This document shows, piece after piece, positions 47,920 to 57,516 of a stretch of DNA of 57,676 nt. Positions within the stretch are counted from its first letter, which is position 1. Each line of letters starts with the position of its first letter. This DNA comes from Planctomycetota bacterium (GTDB lineage: Bacteria; Planctomycetota; JAFGQW01). The position numbers were made by a program, and so were the translations under genes. The notes below the pieces were generated by a model, which was not told the origin of the DNA, did not search any database, and worked only from the letters and a program-made list of their open reading frames with translations. The stretch lies in NCBI GenBank assembly GCA_016935485.1, contig JAFGQW010000141.1:1-57676 (forward strand). Reading direction: 5' to 3'.

Positions 47920-48478
47920 CGAACTCCTTCCAGAAGGGGTGCACGGCCACGCGGCCCGTGAGCCCGTTCACCTCCACCGTGATCCAGTCTTCTTCCCCCG
48001 CGCCCTTCAGGTAGGCGTGGTGCGAGACGCAGGACCCCAGCGGCGTGAAGTCGAAGCGCTCGATCGAGCGCTCGGCCGACTTCACGCTACTCACGACGCT
48101 GTGCAGCCGCACGCCGCGCGGCAGCTCCCAGGCCTTCTCGACGTGGCGGAGCTCGTCGTGGCGCGGCGCGTCGCGCTCCTCGCCGTAGTAGTCGCGCGTG
48201 AGGAAGTAGACGTTTTCGTCGAGGTCGTAGTAGACGTAGACCGGCTGGCCGCCGAAGATCGCCACGCCGCGCGCGAACATCAGGTGGTCGGCGAGCTGCT
48301 GGCCCGCGCTCCGCAGGCGGCCCGCGTCGGTCACGCCTTCGAGGTTCATGAGCGTGAACCCGGAGGCGATGACCAGGAGCGCCAGGATGATGACGAGCTC
48401 GATCAGCGTGAAGCCGTCCGTCCCGCGTCGTCCGCGGGCGCGGCTCCGATCGCCGGTCGGCCGGGCGCGCGCGGCCAT
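47888..48478 (-). CDS. gspH: type II secretion minor pseudopilin, GspH-like
   Basis: Prepilin-type N-terminus TDG/FTLIELVIILALL. GRLRSAGQQLADHLMFAR resembles the GspH/FimT helix. Confidence 0.6.
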   Translation of the reverse strand: MAARARPTGDRSRARGRRGTDGFTLIELVIILALLVIASGFTLMNLEGVTDAGRLRSAGQQLADHLMFARGVAIFGGQPVYVYYDLDENVYFLTRDYYGEERDAPRHDELRHVEKAWELPRGVRLHSVVSSVKSAERSIERFDFTPLGSCVSHHAYLKGAGEEDWITVEVNGLTGRVAVHPFWKEFDGVVDALPGQ

Positions 48479-48482
48479 TCCC

Positions 48483-48902
48483 TCACCGCGTCTTTCCGCT
48501 GCCGCGCCGCGTGCTCAGGGTGAGGTAGCTCAGGTCCTTGTCGACCTCCTCTTCCCCGCCCTCCTCGCCGTCGGCGCCGAGGCAGCGGATGTCGAAGCTT
48601 CGCCGCGATTTTTTCTCGTAGATGTAGTCGTTGCCCCAGGGGTCGGGCGGGATGGTCTCGCCCTTGAGCTCCGCGGCGATCTCGTCGAGGGACTCGGGAA
48701 GCTCGTTGTGCTTGAGGTAGTACATCTCGACCGCGTTGCCGAGCACGTTGATGTCGTTGATGGCCTGGGCAACCTTGGCCTCGTCGGTCTTGCCCAGCAG
48801 GCTCACCGCCGCGAACGAGCCGATGATGCCGATGATGATGATCACCACCATCAGCTCGATCAGGCTGAACCCGGCCTCGCGCCTCGTGGGGCGTCTGTTC
48901 AT
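48483..48902 (-). CDS. gspG: type II secretion major pseudopilin GspG
   Basis: ATG after aggagg. REAG/FSLIELMVVIIIIGIIG. DPWGNDYIY motif typical of GspG. Confidence 0.88.
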   Translation of the reverse strand: MNRRPTRREAGFSLIELMVVIIIIGIIGSFAAVSLLGKTDEAKVAQAINDINVLGNAVEMYYLKHNELPESLDEIAAELKGETIPPDPWGNDYIYEKKSRRSFDIRCLGADGEEGGEEEVDKDLSYLTLSTRRGSGKTR

Positions 48903-48998
48903 GATTCACCTCCTGTCCGCGCCACCGCGCGGGCTGCGCCCGGCGCCGGTCGCCATGGTGCCGGCGCGCCGGCGACGCGGCGCGCGCGGCGTCTCGGG

Positions 48999-50234
48999 TC
49001 ACATGCCGCGGAGATCCGAGGACTGGAGGATCGGGATCAGGATCGACAGGATGATGAAGCCCACGACCACCGCCATCACGAGGATGAGCAGCGGCTCGAG
49101 GACGGAGATCATCTTCTGCGTCGAGATCTCGATCTCCTCGTCGTACGACTCCGCGATGCGGTCCAGCATCTCCTCCAGTTGCCCGGTCTGTTCGCCGACC
49201 GAGATCATGTAGCCGACCACGGGCGGGAAGACGCCGCTCTTCTTGAGCGGCGTGGCGATGTCCGCCCCCTCCAGGATGCGCGTGTGCACGACCTCGATCA
49301 CGTCGGCCAGCACCGCGTTGTTGACGATGTTCTTGACGATCTTGAGCCCGTCGAGCACCGGGATGCCGCTCTTGAGCAGCGTCGACAGGGTGACCGAGAA
49401 GCGCGAGACCGCCTGCTTCTTGAAGACGGGGCCGAGCACCGGGAGCCCCAGCGCGAGGCGGTCCACGATCCGCCGGCCGCGGGCGGTCTGGTAGAACGCG
49501 CGAAAGAGGGCCGCCCCGGCGAACGCCCCCAGCAACAAGAGCCACCAGTTCGACTGGACGAAGTTCGACACGCCGATCAGGGTGCGGGTCATCCACGGCA
49601 GCTCCTTGCCGCTCTGGGTGAGGATGAGCGTGATCCGCGGCACCACGAAGGTGAGCAGCACGACCACCACGACGGCGGCGATCAGGATCAGGAGCAGCGG
49701 GTACATCATCGCCGCCGTGACGCGGTTGCGGAGCTTGGCCTGCTTCTGGACGAAGGCCGCGAGCCGGGCGAGCACCACGTCCAGGTTCCCGGAGGCCTCA
49801 CCCGCCTTGACCATGTTGAGGTAGAGGTCGTTGAAGTACTGCGGGTAGTGGGCCAGCGCTTCGGCCAGCGGCGCGCCCTGGGTGACGCGTTCCTTGAGAT
49901 CGCGCAGCGCCACCTCGACATCCCGGTGCTCGACCTGCTCGATGAGCGCGGACAGAGCATCCGCCAGCGGGATGCCCGAACGGAGCAGGGTGGCCAGCTG
50001 GCGGGTGACGGTCGCGATCTCGCCGCCGCGCCGGCTGTACACGATGGCCAGCGCCAGGCCGCGCCGGGGGCGCCCGCCGCGAGCCGAGGCGCGCGGGCTG
50101 CGCGCCCGGATCTCGACGACGTGCAGCCGCTTGTGGCGCAGCTGCTCGCGGGCGTCGCGGGCGCTGTCGGCATCGAGCAGCCCACTGCGGGTCTCTCCCA
50201 GCCCGGTCATCGCCTTGTATTCGAAGATGGGCAT
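48999..50234 (-). CDS. gspF: type II secretion system inner-membrane platform protein GspF
   Basis: MPIFEYKAMTGLGETRSGLLDA and a duplicated T2SSF domain (LATLLRSGIPLADAL / LSTLLKSGIPVLDGL). Confidence 0.92.
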   Translation of the reverse strand: MPIFEYKAMTGLGETRSGLLDADSARDAREQLRHKRLHVVEIRARSPRASARGGRPRRGLALAIVYSRRGGEIATVTRQLATLLRSGIPLADALSALIEQVEHRDVEVALRDLKERVTQGAPLAEALAHYPQYFNDLYLNMVKAGEASGNLDVVLARLAAFVQKQAKLRNRVTAAMMYPLLLILIAAVVVVVLLTFVVPRITLILTQSGKELPWMTRTLIGVSNFVQSNWWLLLLGAFAGAALFRAFYQTARGRRIVDRLALGLPVLGPVFKKQAVSRFSVTLSTLLKSGIPVLDGLKIVKNIVNNAVLADVIEVVHTRILEGADIATPLKKSGVFPPVVGYMISVGEQTGQLEEMLDRIAESYDEEIEISTQKMISVLEPLLILVMAVVVGFIILSILIPILQSSDLRGM

Positions 50235-50310
50235 CCGCGCTGCCTGATTGCCTCCGTCGCGCCTCCCGGGAAGTGTATCGGATCCTGCCGCCTCGCGGGA
50301 GCGGCCCCAA

Positions 50311-52011
50311 CTACAGCACGTCCATCTGGGTGACGCGCAGGACCTCGTCCACGGTGGTGACCCCGCGGATCACCTTGTCCACGCCGTCCATGCGGAGCGT
50401 CCGGTGGCCGCGGTCGACCGCCACCTTCTTGATGGTCGCCGCCCCGAGCCGATCCATGACCTGGGCGCGCACCACCTCGTCGATCGGGAGGATCTCGTAG
50501 ATCCCGGTCCGGTTCATGAAGCCGTTGAAGCAGTGGTCGCAACCCCGGCCGCGGGTGAGCTTGCCGTCGATGAGCCGGTCCGGCGAGAGCCCGAGGAGCT
50601 GCATGCGCTTGAGGTCGTTGCCGGCCGGCCGGTACTGCTCCCGACAATCCGGGCAGATGAGCCTGACCAGGCGCTGCGCCATCACCAGCACCAGCGACGA
50701 GGCGACCAGATAGGGTTCGATCCCGATGTCGAGCAGGCGGCTGATGGCCCCGGCCGCATCGTTGGTGTGCAGCGTGCTGAAGACGAGGTGGCCGGTGAGC
50801 GCCGACTGGATGGCGATGCGGGCGGTCTCCTGGTCGCGCACCTCACCGACCATCATCACGTCAGGGTCCTGACGCAGCAGCGAGCGCAGCCCAGCCGCGA
50901 AGCTCAGCCCCTTCTTCACGTTGACCTGGATCTGGCTTACCCCCTCGAGGTGGTACTCGATCGGGTCCTCGATCGTGATGATGTTCTTCTCGGTGGAGTT
51001 GAGGCGCTTGATGGCGGCGTACAGCGTGGTGGTCTTGCCGCTGCCCGTGGGACCGGTCACGAAGATGATCCCGTGGCTGCTCTCGATGGCATGCAGGAAG
51101 GCGCGGCTGTTCTCCGGCGTCAGCCCGATCTCCTCGAGATCGTAGAGCCGCGCCCCCTTGTCGAGCAGTCGCATCACGATGCGCTCGCCCGAGGACGTCG
51201 GCACGGAGCTGATCCGGATGTCCACCTCGTTGTTGCCGAACCGGGTGGTGGTGCGACCGTCCTGGGGCAGGCGGCGCTCGGCGATGTCCATCCGGCCCAT
51301 GACCTTGATGCGGGAGAGAATGGCGTCCTGGAACTTCTTGGGCGGGCTCTCCATGTCGTAGAGGATGCCGTCGATCCGGTAGCGGATCTGGAGCTTGTCC
51401 TCGTAGGGCTGGATGTGGACGTCGCTCGCGCGCATCTTCAGCGCCTGGAAGAGGATCATGTTCACCAGCTTGACGATCGGCCCCTTGTTGGCCATGTCGA
51501 GCAGGTCCTCGGACGCGTCGATCTGGCTGGTGAGGCTGATCAGGTCCTCGTCCTCGACGCCCTCGAGCGCGTCCTCGACCGCGTCCTGGCGCTTCTTGTA
51601 GGCGCGGTCGATGAGCGCGGTGATCTCGACGCGCGGCGCCAGCACCGGCTCGACCTCGCAGTCGAGCATGAGCGAGAGCTCGTCCAGCGGGTGGAGATCG
51701 AGCGGCGTGCAGCAGGCGACCCGGCAGATGCCGTTGCCCGCGCCGATGCCGATCAGGTTGTAGTTGCGCGCAAACTGGACGGGCACCCGGGCGAGGAAGG
51801 ACTCCGCGACCGCCTCGCGCGAGATCTCGGGCAGATAGGGGATGCCGAGCGCCTTGCCGAAGGCGCGCAGCGTGTCCTCCTCGCTGAGATAGCCCTTCTT
51901 CAGGATCAAGCGATCCAGCGTCTGGCCGGTCTCGGACTCGATGCGGACGAGCTCCGCGACGCGGTCGCGCTCGAGCAGGCCTTCCTTCACGAGAAACTGC
52001 GCGATCGTCAT
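50311..52011 (-). CDS. gspE: type II secretion ATPase GspE
   Basis: ATG at 52011. N-terminal MshEN-like domain. Walker A GPTGSGKTTT, Asp box ITIEDPIEY, Walker B MMVGEVRD, His box STLHTNDA, and tetracysteine CPDC...CDHC. Confidence 0.95.
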   Translation of the reverse strand: MTIAQFLVKEGLLERDRVAELVRIESETGQTLDRLILKKGYLSEEDTLRAFGKALGIPYLPEISREAVAESFLARVPVQFARNYNLIGIGAGNGICRVACCTPLDLHPLDELSLMLDCEVEPVLAPRVEITALIDRAYKKRQDAVEDALEGVEDEDLISLTSQIDASEDLLDMANKGPIVKLVNMILFQALKMRASDVHIQPYEDKLQIRYRIDGILYDMESPPKKFQDAILSRIKVMGRMDIAERRLPQDGRTTTRFGNNEVDIRISSVPTSSGERIVMRLLDKGARLYDLEEIGLTPENSRAFLHAIESSHGIIFVTGPTGSGKTTTLYAAIKRLNSTEKNIITIEDPIEYHLEGVSQIQVNVKKGLSFAAGLRSLLRQDPDVMMVGEVRDQETARIAIQSALTGHLVFSTLHTNDAAGAISRLLDIGIEPYLVASSLVLVMAQRLVRLICPDCREQYRPAGNDLKRMQLLGLSPDRLIDGKLTRGRGCDHCFNGFMNRTGIYEILPIDEVVRAQVMDRLGAATIKKVAVDRGHRTLRMDGVDKVIRGVTTVDEVLRVTQMDVL

Positions 52012-52022
52012 GGCTGGGGTCT

Positions 52023-54350
52023 TCACTCCTGGGGCGGCGTGCCGGCGGCACCGTCCGGGGCGCCCGCGCGCCGCGTGCCGCCGGGCGGCGGGACCGCTGG
52101 CTCCGGCGGGGCAAGGTCGTCCGCAGGGCTGTGGATCACCGGGCGGTCGAACGCGCCGGAGGCCTCCACGTCGTCGATGGTCCGGTCGCGGTCCAGGAGA
52201 CCGAAGCGCCGCCCGAACTCCGGATCGACGAGCTCCACCTGGCCTTCGAGGACCGCGATCTCGCGCTTTCTCCGGCTGCTGATCTCGTCGAGGTCGCGGA
52301 ACTGCGGGTCCGACAGGATCCGCGGGGTCAGGAACAGGAAGAGCGTGTTCTTCTGCTGGCGCGTCTCGGTGGTGCGGAACAGCGCGCCGAGCAGCGGAAT
52401 GTCGCCGAGCAGCGGGATCTGCGAGCGGGCTTCCTGCTGATCGTCCAGCGTGAGCCCACCGATCACGACGGTCGCTCCGTTGGGAACGGTGACGGCCGTC
52501 GTGATCTCGCGGGAGGTCTTCGGCGGCGGAATGCCCGGGGTGCCCCCGGTCCCGAAGACCTCCACCTTGAACGTGAGGTCCAGCCGCAAGTAGTCGCTCG
52601 AGGCGATGTGGGGGCTGATGCTGAGCTCGATGGGGGCCTCGGCGTAGTCGCCGAACGTCTGGGTGCTGACCTGGCCGACGGCGCCCTGGTTGAGCTGGGT
52701 GTAGGGAATGGACCGGGAGACCTTGATCGTCGCCTCCTGGTTGTCGTTGGTGAGAATGCTCGGCATGCTCAGGAGGTTGGTGTACCCCTTGGTCTGGAAG
52801 GCGCGGATCAGGACCGGGAACAGGAAGCCGTCGCCGTCGAAGATCCCCCCGATCACGCCCTGGTTGCCCACGTTCGGGATGCGGAAGACGCCGTTCTCGC
52901 CCACCGAGATGGAGCTCAGCCCGAGGTTGGTGTAGCCGAACGGGCGGAAGGTCTCGGTGAGGTCGTTCTTGGCGTCGAAGTAGCCGAGCTCCACGCCCAG
53001 CTCCGTGCTGTCGGTGTGCTGCACCTCGAGGATCGCCGCCTCCACGAGGACCTGGGGCTTGCGGACGTCGAGCTCCTTGATGATCTCGACCACCTCCTGG
53101 ACGCGCGTCTTGGTGCCGCGCAGCAGCAGCGCATTGGCGCCCTTGTCCGGGACGATGTCGACCTTGTCGCCGCCGGCTGCCGTCTGGAGCGTTCCCTGCG
53201 TCGGCCCGGCCGATCCCCGGCGCGCGGTGCCGGCGGTGCCCTCCATGATCTCCTTCAGGGTCTTCGCGAGCTCCTCGGCTACCGAGTTCTTGAGGCTGTA
53301 GACGGTGACCCGGCCGGTGGTGAGCGGCACGTCGGTGTCGAGCTGCTCGACGAGTCTGCGGATCTTCGCGTGGTCCTCCGCCACCGCCCAGACCACCAGG
53401 CGGTTGGCGCGCTCGTCGGGGATGATCTTCGCCGGCGGCGCCTGCTTCGGCCCGCCGAAGGGCTGGGGGACTCCCGGCTGTCCGCCGCCCAGGCGCGATC
53501 CCTCCTCCTGGACGATCTGGCTCAGGATCGCCTCCATCTCGCCCGCGTCGGCGTAGGCGAGCTGGACGATCTCGAGCGTCTGGTCGAACTTGGTGCCCTG
53601 CTTGTCCATCTCGCGGATCAGGCGGGCGAGATTGTAGACCTCCGGCCCGAACTCCACGATGATGAAGGCGTTCTCGCTCGGCGCGGGGATGATCGCCGCG
53701 CCGTACGCGGTGGTCGTGGGATTCAGGCGCTGGATCTGGGTCTGGATCTGCTGGACGTTGACGTGCTCGACGTGCACGGTCGTGACGATCAGCTCGTAGG
53801 TGTCGCGGTACTTCTCGAGTTCCTCTTCCGGCACGAACACCTTGTAGCTCTGGAGCAGCGTCGGCTGATCGAGGGTCTCCACGAGGAGGAACGGGGCGCC
53901 CGGCGGCCCGACCGGCACGAGGGCGAACTTGTGAACGCGAAGGTTGGTCCGGACGAAATCCAGGAGCGAGCTCGCCGGGATCCGCATCTCCTCGGTGACG
54001 ATGACGACCTTGTTGGCCTGGCCGCCGCCCGGCTGGCCCAGCCCCAGCTGCGACAGCGCCTGCTGGGTCCAGATGAAGGGGATGTTGAGCGCAAGGCTCG
54101 CCCAGTTGATGAACTGGTCCAGGGGGAGCCCCTTCGGATAGGTGGAGAACGGAAAGACCTTCTCGCCGTTGTCCTCCGGGCGGTCGTCTCCGCCCGGCGG
54201 GGCGGGAGGGGGCTCCTCCTTCGGCGCCTCGGCAGCCGGCGGCGGCGGAGTCGGCGGCGCGGGCGGCTCTTCCTGCTGTGCGGGGCCCATCCGGGCGAGC
54301 GCCAGGAGCAAGGCTGCCATCATGGCGATCCGGTGGAGGCTGGGGCGCAT
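52023..54350 (-). CDS. gspD: type II secretion secretin GspD
   Basis: ATG at 54350 after ggaaggaaagg, signal sequence and a Pro-rich linker. N domains, then the secretin domain VPNGATVVIGGL...IPLLGDIPLLGALFR...TLFLFLTPRIL. Confidence 0.9.
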   Translation of the reverse strand: MRPSLHRIAMMAALLLALARMGPAQQEEPPAPPTPPPPAAEAPKEEPPPAPPGGDDRPEDNGEKVFPFSTYPKGLPLDQFINWASLALNIPFIWTQQALSQLGLGQPGGGQANKVVIVTEEMRIPASSLLDFVRTNLRVHKFALVPVGPPGAPFLLVETLDQPTLLQSYKVFVPEEELEKYRDTYELIVTTVHVEHVNVQQIQTQIQRLNPTTTAYGAAIIPAPSENAFIIVEFGPEVYNLARLIREMDKQGTKFDQTLEIVQLAYADAGEMEAILSQIVQEEGSRLGGGQPGVPQPFGGPKQAPPAKIIPDERANRLVVWAVAEDHAKIRRLVEQLDTDVPLTTGRVTVYSLKNSVAEELAKTLKEIMEGTAGTARRGSAGPTQGTLQTAAGGDKVDIVPDKGANALLLRGTKTRVQEVVEIIKELDVRKPQVLVEAAILEVQHTDSTELGVELGYFDAKNDLTETFRPFGYTNLGLSSISVGENGVFRIPNVGNQGVIGGIFDGDGFLFPVLIRAFQTKGYTNLLSMPSILTNDNQEATIKVSRSIPYTQLNQGAVGQVSTQTFGDYAEAPIELSISPHIASSDYLRLDLTFKVEVFGTGGTPGIPPPKTSREITTAVTVPNGATVVIGGLTLDDQQEARSQIPLLGDIPLLGALFRTTETRQQKNTLFLFLTPRILSDPQFRDLDEISSRRKREIAVLEGQVELVDPEFGRRFGLLDRDRTIDDVEASGAFDRPVIHSPADDLAPPEPAVPPPGGTRRAGAPDGAAGTPPQE

Positions 54351-55122
54351 TCGGCCTTTCCTTCCCGTATCGGAGCTCGCTCGCCGGCACCGTGGCCATG
54401 CGCGCCGCGGAGCGAGCACTCCCGTTCACAGGCGGGTCCGCAGACCCGGCTCCCGACACGCGCACCGCCCCGGAACACGGCGCGGCCACAAGATGGGAGC
54501 CGCCAGATTGTTGCCGCTTAGACAGGCCCAGAAAGGGCTTATTCCGCCGAATCGGCCGGCCCGGAGCGCCTCGCCGCACGCGCTCGGCACCCGGCGCAGC
54601 GCGGCACCGGCATCCGGTACCTCACGGGCGCACTCTCGCGGGTACGCCCGGGGGCCCGCGCGAGATCAGCCTTCCGGTTTCGAGCGAGATTCTCGTTCCG
54701 GTCCGCGAGCATGGAAAGCTATTCTTGCGCAGCCCCTAACAGCAAGCGGAACAAAGTCTTGCGCATCCGTGATCTACCAGCAATGTGAAGGTATCCCTGG
54801 CAGCCCTCCGCGGCCGAGGGGAAGTTCCGGGTTGTCCAGTGCCGATCCGGTTCGCCAAGGTCTCGGCAACCTCTTCCAATAAAAGCACTTGCAGCGCTCG
54901 AGCGAAGGGAGGTGGTGATCGGCCGGTCCCGGGATCCCGGGCGGGACGGAGCTCCCGCCCGGGCCTCGATCCAGCAGAACGTCGGCAACCCTAAGGAACG
55001 CTGTGAGTAACGCCGATATAGGTGGCGGCCGATCTCTCGGCACTGCCTCGGACAACCGCGGCCTGGGGCGCGTCGGAAGCGGAGCAGTGGAAACGAAGAG
55101 GTCGCTTGATGGGGAGCACGAG

Positions 55123-55473
55123 ATGCCCACGATCACCAAGAAGGAGCTGGTCTATCGGATCGCCTCGAAGACCAACCAGAAGAAGGTCGTCGCGAAGAGG
55201 ATCATCCAGTACTTCATCGATGAAGTGATCAGCGAGCTCGAGAAGGGCAACCGGCTCGAGTTCCGCGAGTTCGGCGTCTTCGAGATCAAGGAGCGCGCTC
55301 CTCGGGTCGCCCGCAACCCGAGAACCGGCGCGGTCGTGGAGGTGGCGGCCAAGAAGATCGTGCACTTCAAGCCCGGTCGCCTCATGAAGGAGCGCGTCTG
55401 CGAGCCCGTTCCGGCCCGGCCGACGCGAGCGCGCAACTGGGCGGAGCAGCCGGCGGCCGCCAATCAGGGCTGA
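55123..55473 (+). CDS. HU/IHF family DNA-binding protein
   Basis: TKKELVYRIASKTN...FIDEVISELEKGNRLEFREFGVFEIKERAPRVARNPRTGAVVEVAAKKIVHFKPG. It has an approximately 25-aa C-terminal extension. Confidence 0.88.
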   Translation: MPTITKKELVYRIASKTNQKKVVAKRIIQYFIDEVISELEKGNRLEFREFGVFEIKERAPRVARNPRTGAVVEVAAKKIVHFKPGRLMKERVCEPVPARPTRARNWAEQPAAANQG

Positions 55474-55603
55474 GGGGCCGGGGTCGGTTCTCTTCCCGGC
55501 GCCGCAGGGCAGACGAGCGGGCGGGAGTGCAGGCGCTGTTCGCGAGCGTCGCCCCGTCGGCTTCTCTGCCCGCTCCGGGCCGGGCGCACTCTCAGGCCGC
55601 GCT

Positions 55604-57343
55604 TCACCGCGCGTCGGCACGGTCCGCCAGAAAGCGCTGCCAGGCGCGGGCGGTCACGCGGTGGATCCTCTCGTAGCTCGGATCCGGACCGTACCGGCCC
55701 GCGGTCGGGCCCACGTAGTAGCGGCGCACGCGCGCCAGCTCGACCGGCAGCTCGACCCGCTCGTAGATCCGGTAGAGCCCTTGCAGGCCGCGATAGCGCG
55801 TCTCCCGGTCGCCGTCGAGCGCTTCGCGGAGCAACGCGATGACCTTCTCGCTGGCCAGGAAGCTCGCGGCAACCACGATGCGGCGACCGGCAGAGCCCCT
55901 GGCGGCCTCCCGGTGGAGGTCGAGGAGGCGCGTCAGCACGTCGTCGCGATCACCGAACGGAGCCAGCAACGCCCCGAGCCTCTCGGCCGGCACCGCGGAA
56001 GCTGGGTCAACGAGCTCCTGGAGGCAGCGCGCCACGGCGAGGCTGCCCCGACCCAGGTCTGCCGGCGGGGCGGCGGGCGGGCTCGACGCACGGCCGGTCG
56101 CCGGGAACAGATGCTCCTCGACCAGGCGCTTCTCGCTGCGCGGCAGCGCGAAGGGCAGCGACCCCAACTCGCGCAGCGCGTCCCGCGCCGTCTCCTGGAG
56201 CGCCGGATCGGGAGGCGCCTCGGCGAGCGCCGCCAGGATCCGGAGGCAGACGTCGTCGGCTTGCTCCACGAACCGCGCCTTGCGCTCGGCGTCGGACTCC
56301 GACCAGGCGCGCGCCTGGTCCCGGATCACGGCCGCGGCGAGCCGCATTGCGAGGCCTCGCGTCATCCAGGCATGCCGGGCATCGTAGACCACGCTGCGAT
56401 CGAGCACCTTCGTGTAGAACAGCAGCGCCTCCCCGGGACCGGCATGGCCGCGCCAGGCGTGGAGCAAGGTCCACTGGTGCAGCGGTTCGCGATCCAGGTT
56501 GAGGGCCAGTTCCTCGCCGTCCCGGACCATCCTTGCCTGGGCCTGCCAGCCCGTGATCAGGTGGATGCCGGAGGCCAGCTGCGCGCCGAGCAACGCGGTC
56601 GACACCAGCCAGAACACCAGCGCCCAGACGACCAGCTCCTTGCCCCGGTGGCGACGCGCCCGCACGACGCTGAAGGCGAGGATGTTGAGCGCGAACAGCA
56701 CCAGCGCCGTCAGCAGCACGGCGGTGAAGTAGATCGCCACGCCGGTGCGCAACCGGGGGAGATCGGTGGCCGCGAGAGCGCGCACCAGCTCCGGGCCCCA
56801 GCCCACGCTGTGGACCAGGTCGAGAAGAAGCTCGCTCGCCAGACCGAGGGAGGCCAGACCGGCGAGCAGCGCGAGGGGGAAAACGCACAGGTTCACGAGG
56901 AACACGAACACCGCGAACAGCGACAGCCGCGGCCCTGCGTCGCGGCGCACGGGGACCGTGTGAACCGCAGCGGCCGGCCGCCCCGGCAAAGACCGCGGGG
57001 GGAACGCCCCTGGCCCCACGGCTCCCGGACCGGTCGGCAGCTGTTCGAGGTAACGCGAGGAGCGCTGCACCCAGCGGAGACAGGCCCAGTAGAAGACGGT
57101 GAAGAACGTGAGGTAGAGCAGCTTCAGGGAGCCGCGGTAGGAGCTGGCCGTGAACAGCAGGGCGACGACGAGCAGCAGCGAGTAGGTGAGGAAGGGATGG
57201 TTGAAGACGAAGTAGATATAGCGGTGATAGAACCCGTAGACGAACCGGTAGCCGCGGCCACACTGCGTGCAGTAGACCGGCTTGCCGCCCTCGGCGACGA
57301 CCTCCGGCGTGCTCTCACCGCAGCCAGGACACTCCAGTCGCAT
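55604..57343 (-). CDS. zinc-ribbon-containing polytopic membrane protein (hypothetical)
   Basis: MRLECPGCGES...YCTQCG, several TM segments, and a helical C-terminal soluble domain. High GC3. Confidence 0.65.
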   Translation of the reverse strand: MRLECPGCGESTPEVVAEGGKPVYCTQCGRGYRFVYGFYHRYIYFVFNHPFLTYSLLLVVALLFTASSYRGSLKLLYLTFFTVFYWACLRWVQRSSRYLEQLPTGPGAVGPGAFPPRSLPGRPAAAVHTVPVRRDAGPRLSLFAVFVFLVNLCVFPLALLAGLASLGLASELLLDLVHSVGWGPELVRALAATDLPRLRTGVAIYFTAVLLTALVLFALNILAFSVVRARRHRGKELVVWALVFWLVSTALLGAQLASGIHLITGWQAQARMVRDGEELALNLDREPLHQWTLLHAWRGHAGPGEALLFYTKVLDRSVVYDARHAWMTRGLAMRLAAAVIRDQARAWSESDAERKARFVEQADDVCLRILAALAEAPPDPALQETARDALRELGSLPFALPRSEKRLVEEHLFPATGRASSPPAAPPADLGRGSLAVARCLQELVDPASAVPAERLGALLAPFGDRDDVLTRLLDLHREAARGSAGRRIVVAASFLASEKVIALLREALDGDRETRYRGLQGLYRIYERVELPVELARVRRYYVGPTAGRYGPDPSYERIHRVTARAWQRFLADRADAR

Positions 57344-57488
57344 GGTCCACCCTGCCTCAAGCGCTCGTCCGCGAGCCCGGGTTCAGTGTAGTATCCGGCC
57401 GCATTCGCGCCACGGCGGCGGATATTTCCGCGGCGGGGCGGAGCCGGGTTCCCGGATGGACTCGTTTTGTATAGTTAGGACAATTTGC

Positions 57489-57516
57489 TTGACCGGCTTC
57501 TCCGGCGTGATAGGCT
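57489..57516 (+). promoter_or_regulatory. candidate sigma-70 promoter TTGACC-16-(TGa)TAGGCT facing the right window edge
   Basis: Lies in the GC-poor terminal intergenic region. The TG at 57508-57509 gives an extended -10. The downstream target lies outside or at the window edge. Confidence 0.3.

Noticed and set aside
50311-54579. 1422-aa minus-strand ORF
   Set aside because: Only the last 566 codons (from the ATG at 52011) are GspE. The rest is an out-of-frame read across gspD, whose true frame is 52023-54350.
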